64,000 nucleotides of DNA from Heptranchias perlo (Eukaryota): contig NC_090347.1 in the NCBI RefSeq assembly GCF_035084215.1, positions 16,554,001 through 16,618,000 of the forward strand. Reading direction: 5' to 3'. The translations under genes and the position numbers were made by a program. Numbering within the stretch: the first letter of the stretch is position 1; every line of letters begins with the position of its first letter. Of the stretch, positions 11,851 through 23,536 are shown piece after piece. The notes under the pieces are model-generated. The model worked only from the letters and a program-made list of their open reading frames with translations, was not told the origin of the DNA and ran no database searches.

Positions 11851-14499
11851 GAATAGTCTCATTTTGTTTGAATCATTTTATGTGTAAATCTGTAAATGTG
11901 GTTATAAATTTGCATTTGGTGTTGGTTTTCATTTCTGCAATGAGCTGAGGGAGGAAGCAATGTGTAATCATAAGGAGGACGATTTGATGGTCATGTGGGA
12001 GAGGAAAGGTAAGGAGTGTGGGACTGTTGGTGAATGGGGAGGTGTCGTTGAAGTTCTGGTATCGCTCAGCAATCATCTGATCACGCAGAACCTGTCTATC
12101 CTGTTGCCTCCTTACCACTTCCTCCACTTCCTCCTTCTCCCCCACTTCCTCCTTCTTCTTCTCCACTTCCTCCTACATTTCTTTCTCCTCCTCTTGCTCC
12201 TCCTCCTCCCTCTTCTGACAGCTTGTGGCTTCTCTGCGTACTCCCAATCATGTTCAATCCCCAGGGGAAGCCCTAGCATGCCACCCATATCTGGAAGCAA
12301 TGTTGTTCAGCACACAATTTAAATGCCACTAACAGCACTGCAAGACCACCCTCACCACTCTCTTTATAATAGTACAACTTTCTCCAAGTATAGGAAACTT
12401 CCACAAACACCCACAATTGTACCAGTAGCCAGAATAACTAATCCAGCAACTAACCTGTAACTCCTGAGTGCTCCCTTTAAATAGCGCTGGTGGGGGGGGG
12501 TCCTTCATGCCCTTTAACTCCTGTCCAGCTGTGCGAGGTTAAGATAGTGCGTTAGCTGGAGTTTGGAAATGTCGCCGGCTGCTTCAAATCAGCGTTGCAC
12601 TCTGATTTATGTCATAATCTCCCTACTCTACATGCTTCCGGCGTTCGTTAGGTACACGTGCGCAAACCACTTTTAACAATACGGCGTCCTGCGCATGTCA
12701 CGCCGGAAGTGTTCACACGCATCTCGGACACCATTTTCAGTGCTTAGATGTCCATGTAGCACCTACAAAACAGGTGCTACACATTCCAATTTAGCCCCTA
12801 CCCTGTTTACATAGCTTTGAGCCACAGGATTTATTTCTTCCAGATGGCCAGCCTGTGTTCGGTCAGAGCAGCAACCAAATTTTAAATTCACCGCAGTCCT
12901 TGCCATCTATGAAGTCCCATGAAGAAATCTTAAAAGCTGTAAAATGCAGAAACTCTCACCAGAATGCAAGTAGGGTTGGAGACAGGGCTACAACATTGTA
13001 ACCCCGATTTTGTGTCCTCTGCTCACATCTGCAACAACAACTTGTATTTATAAGGTGGCTTTAACATAGAAAACATCCTTCACAGAGGTGCAATCAAAAG
13101 AAAATGGGCACTGAGCCAAAGGAAGTGACATGGGGAGGCAAGGAGGAAAGCTTGGTCACTGACAGCCTAGAATAAATACTTTGTTCAATTTTTTGAAGAC
13201 TGACAAGTGCAGTTCAATCAAAATTACTCAGCATCCTTACAGGGAACACTAAGCGCCTATTCCAATGCCAAGTAAGCTCTGAGGCATACAGGGATCCGTT
13301 GTAGCTTAATCTATCCAGCCAAACTTCTACTTACAAGGGGAATATTTCCAGTCCCCATCAGTAAGAAAGTCACAGAACCAGACTGCAACATTTGCCAGAA
13401 TTCCTGAGCTCCATATGCCTTTTCCTCCGTGCTGCACTCTCACTGAGTTGAAGAATATCTTGTATATAGTGCCTTATCACGTCTCCCAGAAACTTCCCAA
13501 AGCGGTTCACATGAATTATTGAATGCAGTCACTGTTGTTATGTAGCCAGAGTTCAAAATAAGTCTTATAGTAGTTTCCTACTCTTAACTAATCTCTTCAG
13601 GTCTTTAAAATGGCAGAACTCCTTATGTCCTTCAGTCTTTCCTTCTACAATCTTCAGGTTTTTAAAACTGAAGCTTGGCATCACCTAATCACGACTGGAC
13701 TTATGTTGTCTTCTCTGCTCCTCTTTTCAACCTTCAGGGTTTCCTGCAATATGATCCTTGACCCTTAAACTGAGTTTCTTAATTTAAAAAAGAAGATAGA
13801 CTAGAGTCACTGATCACTGTCAACATCAAAATGAATGGTTATTGGCCTTACCAATTCCCGTTCCTCCATGCGGGAAGTTCTTGAACTTTGCTTCACCCGC
13901 TCACCTAATAACACCACAGGTGAGATCAGGTATTCATCATGTGTTAGATTGTAGATGCAAGATGTTGTCTTGCCACTCAGTGGCACAACACGTCACCTTA
14001 GTGCCTCTTCAAGTGGATTATGGTGCCTCCTAAAGCAGTAGCATGGCCTCATTTATCTTACAACATCTCCACGGAAATGGTGGCTACTGTTGGCAGCAGC
14101 ACTGTAAGGCAAATGTACTGTAAGATTATATCCTGTTCACTACCCCTCAATTAGATGTAGTATGTTTGTAAAAGGGGTGTCTTCTTTTTGCATATCATTG
14201 GACTTGTGACTGCACATGCAAAATGGGGAAGAGGTGACTTTGTGATACACGATGATTCATAAGAAACCTTGAGTAAATATACTAGATAAAAAAAAAACAA
14301 TTTGAAGTACAGCGCTTCTAATAGACTGGGACGCTCACTCTAAACTGGCTCAGTGCACTTAGAAGGTAGACAGAATCCAGTGGCAATTTGTGGGATCCTC
14401 GTTGGAATCAATATCATAAGTGCAATAGAGGGAGCACGGTGTACTCTTATAACTTTAAGGCAAAGAACATGAGTGATTGGGGGAGGGGGGAAAAGGCAC

Positions 14500-14970
14500 A
14501 TGGAGTGCTAATAGTGAGAAAGTGCTGGTGATAAGCATGAAATATTGAGAAGCTGTGGGAGGAGAGTGCAACTGGTTGCAAGAAATCATAGGTCTAAAGT
14601 GTGACTGATCATCAGAAGTTACAGGCAGAGTGCGGCTGATAGTGGGATACTGCAGGAGGGGAGTGCACAACAGTGCGACTCATAGTGACAAACAGTGACT
14701 GGAGGCTATGCCTGATAACAAGAAAGGGCAGGCGGAGCGTGTAGGTGGAGAGCATATCCATTAGCAAGAAACTACAACTGGAGAATGTGACTGATACTGA
14801 AATGTGAGCGGAGAGCACAACTGTTAGTGAGTGACTGTGAGTGAGAGTGTGATTGTAAGTGAGAAACTACAGGAGGAGGGCATAGCTGATGATGAGAAAC
14901 TGTGAGTGAGTCGTGTCAACGTAGGAATACGCAGATGTAGGAGGTCTGGCAGGGCTATTTGTATTGGCAA
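14500..14970. repeat. Highly degenerate ~33-bp tandem repeat (GAGAGTGTGACTGATAGTGAGAAACTGCAG-like)
   Basis: Recurrent GAGAG.G..ACTG and GAGAAACT motifs. Confidence 0.5.
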
Positions 14971-15867
14971 GAAACTGCAAAATGAGGGGTTGTGGGTCTC
15001 AGCTGAGAAAAGGTAGATTCAGAGAGGATGTAAGGAGACAATACTTTACTAAGAAGGTAGTTAGTTATCGGAGCAGCTTATCAAGGAGGCAGTAGAAGCA
15101 AGTAGCTTAGATATCATAGGTATCTATTTGTAGAGCCTCACGACTAAACTCATCATTTCACTGTTGCTGTTGACCCATTTTCACTAGGATTTGCACAACT
15201 GCAGCTTGACCCTCAGATTTTTTGAAATTTACAAGAGGTCAAATGGCTCTTTAGCTGCATCGCAAGTACATCATGATTGGCTGCAGTTTTTGTTGCCGCT
15301 AATGGAATTGCACTGCTCATAGTGAGAACTTAGGAATGCCACGCACTCCTACGATTCAATTTTATTAAAATGGTTGAAACATGCTTTCTTCCATTTTTTG
15401 GAACAGAGGTATGTCAGTCCCTATATGATTTATTGAGAGTCTACTTATGTGCTTATTCAGATTCAACTGTGCTGACTCTTTCAGATATATGGTAGATCAG
15501 TCAAAGGTAACATCGAACAGGACTGCAGCAACCTTACTAAATGCAGCAACAGGACTGCAGTTGCTTTTTGCATGTCTCCAACAAAGCCCAGCAGCAGGGT
15601 GCCCTCCTTTTTATACTGTTTTGCTTTTCCTCTCACTATCCCTGGAGCTGTAGCCTCCTTCAGGTGGGAGTGAATGGGTCGAGGATGATATCTGAGCTGT
15701 AGACTTCTTTACAGGTAGACATGCGAGATACGCAGGGGGCAGTGTCTGCGCTGCAACTTCTGTGTTCAGAACAAGCCAACTATATCACATCTACTTCTAA
15801 CCAAGAGAATGAAGCATCCTGTCGTAGCATGGAACTCCATGCAGTGCCTTAGCTGAGAACTGATAGT

Positions 15868-16345
15868 ACATAGAATTTACAGCACAGCCCAACTGGTCCA
15901 TGCCGGTGTTTATGCTCCACACTAGCCTCCACCCACCCTACTTCATCTAACCCTATCTGCATATATTTCTATTCTTTTCTCTCTCATGTGTTTATCTAGC
16001 TGCCCCTTAAATGCATCTTTGCTAGTCACCTCAACTACTTCTTGTGGTAGCAAGTTTCACATTCCAGCTACTTTCTGGGTAAATACGTTTCTCCTGGATT
16101 CCTTATTGCATTTATCAGTCACTATCTTATATTTGTGTCCTCTAATTTTGGATTCCCCCACATGTGGAAACATCTTCCCTATATCTACCCTATCAAACCC
16201 CTTCATAATTTTAAATACCTCTATTAGGTCACATCTCAGCTTTCTCTTTTTTTTAGAGAAAAGAGCCCCAGCCTATTGAATCTTTCCTGATAGTTATAAC
16301 CTCTCAGTTCTGGTATCCTTGAAAATATTTTTGCACCTTCTTCAA
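15868..16345 (-). mobile_element. CR1 LINE 3' fragment
   Basis: CATAGAA tail plus the antisense of the ORF2 C-terminus. Confidence 0.75.
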
Positions 16346-19275
16346 TAGCGGGAAAGTTTAACTGACAGGGAGCTCTGAGATCTGAATCCTTGGAAATCTG
16401 GTTTAGAGACATGTGCCCTGCTGCCTGCGTAACCAGGTCACCTCTGCAGTAACATTCTTGGTAGCCTGTTTTTTAGTACAACCTTCTTGTACCTCAGTTT
16501 CAGAGGCAATATTGTGTGCTTCCTGTAGCATAAATAGTGATTGGGATTACAGGCCTAAAGTGAATCTAAAGAATGTTGATATGGGTATTAAACAACATGG
16601 GGGGGTGTCAGAGTGCTGGACTGCATTTGTAAACCAGCATGTAGTGGCTTGAAGTGCCAAGGCGGTGGGATTTACAGCCTTGAATCCTGACATGGCCTAT
16701 TGTTCAATCTCAGATTACTGTCAGCAGAAGCTCAGGAACATGTCCACCCTCTCATATGCTGGACGTCCTACAAAAGCACTCTGAAATTGGGACCTAAATA
16801 AAAATAGTATAACATTGCCTTTGCAGGACTTACAAGTAGTTATACCATGGTAGAAGAGCCACTGACATTCACTGTTTAAGATTAGTCACTTGGTTGAGGT
16901 ACTGGAGGGCTACAGGAGCCTACAGAACTGTATTCTAACCGTGTTTTCAGGAGACAAGAGGGGATTTTTTTTTTAAAAAGCAGCAATGATTACAACTTGG
17001 ATGTATGAGAATAGAGACCAGCATGTTTAGTGTGTGTTAGCCAGCACTATTCCTCCTTATTCACACTTGTGTTAAAAAGAAGCAGCAATGTGAGGTGCAG
17101 CACTGGCACCAACAGCTTGCACCATGGAATGGAAGCGGGATTGGGCCTGCAGGCCTCTACATGCTGAGCTGGAGGTCTCCCCCTGGCACTGCTCCACTGG
17201 GAGGGAGAAAACTGTCAGAGAAAGAGTGACCGAGTCATCCTTTCTTTCCTATTTAAAATGACTTATAAGCATAAAAATGTAGGGAGGAACTTTCCAAGGA
17301 TCTGTGCCATGTACTTTGCACACAATGGGCGACTTACTGGAAAACCAGCAGTAAAAGGAGGAGGGGTAGTAGTTGTAGAATAACCTGTAGCCTTCTGTAG
17401 CCATGGTCTCAGTTCCATATTAGGTGATGTACCTACCAACTGAGAAATCCTCTGTTAATTAGAAACCTGCTCCTATCTAAGAAACTAGTTTGTGTGAAAA
17501 CCATTAAAGCTGAATTAAAATTGATAGTGTCGTTCAAAAATAAAGGCAAGAGGATTGTTATTTTGTTGAATTTGAGGATCTTGTCAACTTGTTGTCTCAC
17601 GGTTTGTTTAGTAGAACCACATTCAGGTCTTCTATTGACTGGATTACAATCCCTGTTTTTTAGTTGAAAGATATCTGGCTGTACAAATGAATTCAATAAA
17701 GCATGATCCATTTTGTCTCAGGACTATATTTAGCAACCCGTATTTGATTGAGTAAGCTTGAAAAGTTTAATTGTGTATCAGAATATAACTGTTGTGTATC
17801 ACTATTAACTGTGCTGCAGTGTTTCAATTGTTTCAAGTTACACTGCTGGTAACTTAAGTTCAAAGACTTTATTTGATAATATTCCCTCTTTAGGGACTGA
17901 TTCATATTGGAGCACGATTCCACAGATGATGACAGTCCTATAGTACCCAGATGTTTTACAGATGTATGAGCCTAGACAGTGAGGCCTTGAAATTCTGGGG
18001 GCTGGGAGGGCAAATGTTGGGCAAATTGCCCGTGGGTGGGCTGCAATTTGGGTGGAACCCTTACTCGCTGGGATTTTGCCCTGTTTAAAGAATGGCCCAA
18101 ATTCCAGTGGGGGAGTCTTTCACCTGCATCTGCCCACCTCACCCACATCAGAGGACAGCTTCGGGAGCATGTCTTGGGGCTACCCCAAGAATTTTGCTCA
18201 TTGCATCCTCCACAATTGAAGCCACACCAGTTGACAGCTGGCATGAATTCTGCAATGGACCTTTTAAAGGACCCAAAAGGTTCCCTTGAACACGTAACTG
18301 AACCCAGAAGGAATCAGCTACCTTACAATTGAGACCCATATTTCCCTTTAAGGAAATAAATTAAAATTTTACAACTAGCTATTCGGCCATTGGAGTCTCA
18401 CAACATGCTATATAGAATATAAAAATAAGGACAGAATGTATGACTTTAAAATTGGGTCTGAATTTTGTCTGCGTGTCCTGGTCCACTTCTCCTGTCCTAT
18501 AACTCCACTTTACCTCTTCACCTGAAGACAACACTTGGTCTTTATTCACCGCATGAAACCCCACAAGAGAGTGACTAGTAATACGTTCAAAATCTTACAT
18601 CTGCATAAACTTCCTGTCAACTTTTTTCATTATGATTTCCTATGTCCACACTTACAATGGAACTGCTGTAAACTCCTTCTGTCAGTGGAGGCACTGGATG
18701 TAGGAATTTATAATTAGAAATATAAAAATAAAGGCAGAATATATGACTTTAAAATAGGGATTGAAATACATGTGTGTCTCATAGAAACATAGAAAATAGG
18801 AGCAGGAATAGGCCATTCGGCCCTTCGAGCCTGCTCCGCCATTCAATATGATCAAGGCTGATACTCTATTTCAATACCATATTCCCGCTTTCTCCCCATA
18901 CCTCTTGATGCCTTTTGTGTCTAGAAATCTATCTAGCTTCTTAAAAATATTCAGTGACTTGGCCTCCACAGCCTTCCGTGGTAGAGAAATCCACCACCCT
19001 CTGAGTGAAGAAATTTCTCCTCATCTCAGTCCTAAATGTCCTACCCCGTATCCTGAGACTGCGACCACTCGTTCTGGATCCCCCAGCCAGGAGAAACATC
19101 CTCCCTGCATCCAGTCTGTAGCCCTGTCAGAATTTTATACGTTTCAATGAGATACCCTCTCATTCTTCTCAACTCTAGTGAATAGATGATGTGGAGATGC
19201 CGGTGATGGACTGGGGTGGACAAATGTAAGGAATCTTACAACACCAGGTCATAGTCCAACAAATTTATTTTAAAA

Positions 19276-19312
19276 TCACAAGCTTTCGGAGATTATCCCC
19301 TTCGTCAGGTGA
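19276..19312 (-). ncRNA. Minimal type I hammerhead ribozyme motif (left PLE arm)
   Basis: Minus strand reads UCAC-CUGACGA-A-GGGGAUAAUCUCC-GAAA-GC-UU-GUGA. Confidence 0.7.
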
Positions 19313-20095
19313 ATGAGTGAAAGGTTCTCAAATCGCATATCTTATATTAGGCTGGGACACCATCACACCAATCAAAAGGTGTCGTTGGTGTTCAGACAGA
19401 TTAGCCACGGAGAACAGTACGTCCCAGTACACTGGATATACATTGTTTCAGATTACACAGACAAGAGACCCAAATGGCAGAGAAAGAGACCCAAATGGCA
19501 GAGAGAGAGAGAGAGAATATTAAAAACAGATAACTTTTTTTTCCCCTTGCTGGTGGGGTTACGTGTAGTGTGACATGAACCCAAGATCCCGGTTGAGGCT
19601 GTCCTCATGGGTGCGGAACTTGGCTATCAGTTTCTGCTCGACGATTTTGCGTTGTCATGTGTCTCGAAGGCCGCCTTGGAGAACGCTTACCCGAAGATCG
19701 GTGGCTGAATGTCCTTGACTGCTAAAGTGTTCCCCGACTGGGAGGGAACCCTCCTGTCTGGCGATTGTTGCGCGGTGTCCGTTCATCCGTTGTCGCAGTG
19801 TCTGCATGGTCTCGCCAATGTACCATGCTCCGGGGCATCCTTTCCTGCAACGTATGAGGTAGACAACGTTGGCCTAGTCACAGGAGTATGAACCATGTAC
19901 CTGGTGGGTGGTGTCCTCTCGTGTGATGGTGGTATCCGTGTCGATGATCTGGCATGTCTTGCAGAGGTTGCCGTGGCAGGGTTGTGTGGTGTCATGGACG
20001 CTGTTCTCCTGAAGGCAGGAGAACATGGCGTAGTTTCTCCGCTCCGGGGAAGTACTGGACGACGAAGGGTACTCTGTTGGATGCGTCACGGGTTC

Positions 20096-20677
20096 CGCAG
20101 CCTTCAACATGTCATCGATGACGACGAACACCTCGCTAAGGCCATCCCCACGCCTCCACTACTCACCTTCAAACAGCCACCCAACCTCAAACAGACCATC
20201 GTTCGAAGCAAATTACCCTGCTTTCAGGAGAACAGCGTCCACGACACCACACAACCCTGCCACGGCAACCTCTGCAAGACATGCCAGATCATCGACATGG
20301 ATACCACCATCACACGAGAGGACACCACCCACCAGGTACATGGTTCATTCTCCTGTGACTCGGCCAACGTTGTCTACCTCATACGATGCAGGAAAGGATG
20401 CCCCGGAGCACGGTACATTGGCGAGACCATGCAGACACTGCGACAACGGATGAACGGACACCGCGCAACAATCGCCAGACAGGAGGGTTCCCTCCCAGTC
20501 GGGGAACACTTTAGCAGTCAAGGACATTCAGCCACCGATCTTCGGGTAAGCGTTCTCCAAGGCGGCCCTCGAGACACACGACAACGCAAAATCGTCGAGC
20601 AGAAACTGATAGCCAAGTTCCGCACCCATGAGGACAGCCTCAACCGGGATCTTGGGTTCATGTCACGCTACACGTAA
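20096..20677 (+). pseudogene. PLE linker plus GIY-YIG endonuclease domain (5'-truncated, frame open)
   Basis: FKQPPNLKQTIVRS, PC..NLCKTC, NVVYLIRC..C...YIGET..TLRQRMNGHR, HF, E..LI..F, LNRD are typical PLE GIY-YIG motifs; RT absent. Confidence 0.9.
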
Positions 20678-20915
20678 CCCCACCAGCAAGGGAAAAAAAA
20701 AGTTATCTTTTTAATATTCTCTCTCTCTCTCTCTCTCTCTCTGCCATTTGGGTCTCTTTCTCTCTGTCTGTTTAATCTGAAACAATGTATATTCAGTGTA
20801 CTGGGACGTACTGTTCTCCGTGGCTAATCTGTCTGAACACCAACGACACCTTTTGATTGGTGTGATGGTGTCCCAGCCTAATATAAGATATGCGATTTGA
20901 GAACCTTTCACTCAT

Positions 20916-20952
20916 TCACCTGACGAAGGGGATAACCTCCGAAAGCTTGTGA
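20916..20952 (+). ncRNA. Minimal type I hammerhead ribozyme motif (right PLE arm)
   Basis: UCAC-CUGACGA-A-GGGGAUAACCUCC-GAAA-GC-UU-GUGA: catalytic boxes CUGAnGA and GAAA, helix II, palindromic AAGCUU in place of helix III, 4-bp helix I. Confidence 0.7.
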
Positions 20953-21744
20953 TTTTAAAATAAATTTGTTGGACTATAACCTGGTGTTGTAAGATTCCTT
21001 ACTAGTGAATACAGGCCTAGTCGACCCAATCTCTCATACGACCCAATCTCTCCTCCTGGACTAATTATCCCCCAGCCTCTAAACTCGTTTCTCCTGAAAA
21101 CAAGGGAGATCAACTGTATATGCAAATAAATTCAGACACTGATAAGGCTAGCTCAGTTTGCAAAAGATCAAGTTGCTATTACAATAAAGGAAAAGAATTT
21201 TAATCTGAGAAGCTGCATTAACACCCAACAACTTATTACCCTTTTTTCTTTACCTTGTTTTAAATGCAGATTTTCAAAAGTATTACCAACATCCGTATAA
21301 AATCACAAAGTCAAGAGCGAATCAGGAATTTATTTTTTATATCCCTAATTAACGCAACAATTAAAAAAAAATTGAGAGTGCAGAGCAAAGGCCTCAGAAG
21401 AGGGCACCACACCCAGTCACACAGCCCAAAATACTTGTTTTTACAAGACAGAGCTACTGCCCAGATTACAGTGTGTTTAAAATGTGGTTGTGTTTAAAAA
21501 TATCAGTAACAACTGGAACTTGAAGCAGAATGCAGCCGCTTCCTGCCACATTTACATTCAGTCATAACAATGTAAAGTGATATTACTCAGCTCCAACGTT
21601 CAGCCGTTGACCGTCTCAGCCCCAGAATTCAGTCCCTGCCTGGGCTCCAGCACTCAGTCCCCGATCCAACTCAGCCCCAGCACTTAATCCCCAATTCGAC
21701 CCCAGAATTCCATCCTCGCCTAGGCCTCAGCACAGGGCCTGACC

Positions 21745-23197
21745 CTTTTTATAAATATATTATGAGAAAAACAGTGGTAAAGGAAAATGTGGGCCCACTA
21801 AAAACAGATATAGGCGAGCCAATAATGGCCAGGAAGGAAATGGCAGACTTGTTAAATGGGTACTTTGTTTTCACAGTGGAGGAAGAGGATAATATGCCAA
21901 CGGTACAAGGGGACCTATAAATAAGTCAAGGGGAGGAACTTAGTGAATTTAATATGTTTAAAATGGTAATGGAGAAAATAATGGGACTTAAGATAGATAA
22001 ATCTTCTGGACGTGATGATTTCCACCCCAGAGTATTAAATGAAAAATGTGAGGAAATTGCAAATGCGTTAGTCATAATTTTCCAGAGCTCTCTAGATTCA
22101 GGAATTGTGCCTTTGGATTGGAAAATTGCAAATGTCACTCCATTATTTAAGAAGGAGGGAGAGAAAAACTAGTTTAACATCAGTTATCATCATAGACAGA
22201 GTTACTGAGCACTTGGATGTTTTAAACTGGATAGTCCGGCAGTGACGGATAGAATACTAGAGCCTGGTCTTCAGTTACTTCCAAGCCTTTATTCACAGAG
22301 CTCCACATTACACACACCACACCCTAGATAAACTCTCTTATGTATGGATACGAGTGCCCCAATTGATATGCACCACCTGAATACAATTAACAGTAATTGA
22401 TATAAATCACATGGATACAATTAACATTGGACAAGTATGAGCTGATCCTCATGTATTTATGAAGGAAAGATCTTGTCTGACTTATCTAGTTGAATTTTTT
22501 GAGGAGGTCACTATCATGATGGATAGATGGTGAATATATGGACTTCCAGAAAGCATTTGACAAGGTTCCACATAAGAGATTATTAGCAAAAAATGAAAGC
22601 CCACAGAATTGGAGGTTGACATCAGTTGGGAGGTAGGAGACAGAGAGCAGGGGTAAAGAGAATATTCTGATTGGCGGTATATGACAATTAATTTTCTCCT
22701 GGGATCTGTAGTGAGGCCTCAGCTTTTCAGCATATATATTAATGACTTTGATGAAGGAATCGAGAGTTGTGATCCAAGTTTGTAGATGGCACTAAATTAG
22801 GAGGCATAGTAAGTTGTGTGGATGGGAGCAGGAAGTTGCAAAGGGGCATGGACAGACTAAAGGAGTGGGCAAAACTGTGGCAGATGGAGTTTAATGTAGG
22901 GAAGTGTGAGGTCATTCATTTTGGATTCGAGAAAGACAAATCAAAATATTTTTTTAATGATGAGAGACCTGGAGCTGTGGAGGAGCAAAGACGTTTGGAT
23001 GTCCATGTGCACAAATCACTAAAAGCTAGTGCACAGGTACAAACAGTAATCAAAAAGGCAAATGGAATGTTGGCCTTTATCTCAAGAGGGTTGGAATTCA
23101 AAAGTTGAGGAAATGATACTTCATTTGTACAGAGCCTTGGTCAGACCCCATCTGGAGTACTGCGTTCAATTTTGGGCAACAAACCTCAGGAAAGATA
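21745..23197 (+). mobile_element. Degenerate CR1 ORF2 fragment, interrupted by a solo LTR
   Basis: [54 protein letters not shown] remnants. Confidence 0.85.
22218..22426 (-). mobile_element. Solo LTR (209 bp), LTR-retrotransposon type
   Basis: TGTT...AACA termini; exact 5-bp TSD TTGGA (22213-22217, 22427-22431); AATAAA on the minus strand. Confidence 0.8.
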
Positions 23198-23199
23198 CA

Positions 23200-23536
23200 G
23201 AGAGTCAGAGGTGCCTGCTCGCTCCCTCCTTCCATCAGCCATTTATTCCTCAACTTGTTCCACAGTCTTTGCAGCCAGAATGCACCTCCCCTTTAAGAGA
23301 TGCTAGCTGCCTTTAAGTAGCACCCTGGGCTCCCATTATCGCCCCCCCCCCCACTTTTAGGCGCGTGCAGCCAATAAATAGCGTGGGTACCGCTGGCTGC
23401 ACACACAAATCACTATAATTGTAATTAGCAGGCAACGCGGATATTTATGCTGCCTGCATTAATAGTAACAGGTGTGGGTAGTCCGCGCCCCACCCTCCCC
23501 CCAGACCATTTTTGGATGCGATCCAATTTCAAGGCC
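23200..23536 (-). mobile_element. Left end of a Harbinger element related to 9607-9860, opposite orientation
   Basis: TGCACCTCCCCTTTAAGAGATGC..GCTGCCTTTAAGTAG and CAGCCAAT..GCTGGCTGCAC match the reverse complement of about 9715-9840; ends in CCAATTTCAAGGCC. Confidence 0.7.

Larger units (their letters stand above)
9607..12798 (+). mobile_element. Non-autonomous PIF/Harbinger DNA transposon derivative
   Basis: 13-bp TIRs GGGGTTAAATTGG (9607-9619) and CCAATTTAGCCCC (12786-12798), 1 mismatch; internal Myb/SANT gene remnant and a convergent transposase stub; no clear TSD. Confidence 0.8.
19185..21002. mobile_element. Penelope-like element (GIY-YIG), two 3' halves in head-to-head inverted arrangement
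   Basis: Arms 19226-20019 and 20217-21002 are near-perfect reverse complements; TSD (C)TAGTGAATA at 19175-19184 and 21002-21011. Confidence 0.9.
18780..21055 (-). mobile_element. CR1 3' fragment (18780-19184 and 21003-21055) split by a Penelope-like insertion
   Basis: CATAGAAA tail and GGCCATTCGGCCCTTCGAGCC; YSLELRRMRGYLIETYKIL coding remnant; continues beyond the TSD. Confidence 0.85.

Noticed and set aside
11960-12322. Leu-rich 120-aa membrane-like ORF
   Set aside because: Antisense reading of the GAG/GAA low-complexity tract in the Harbinger remnant
19895-20095. N-terminal part of the 260-aa ORF as a novel domain fused to GIY-YIG
   Set aside because: It is the antisense of the left PLE arm and spacer; the open frame is incidental
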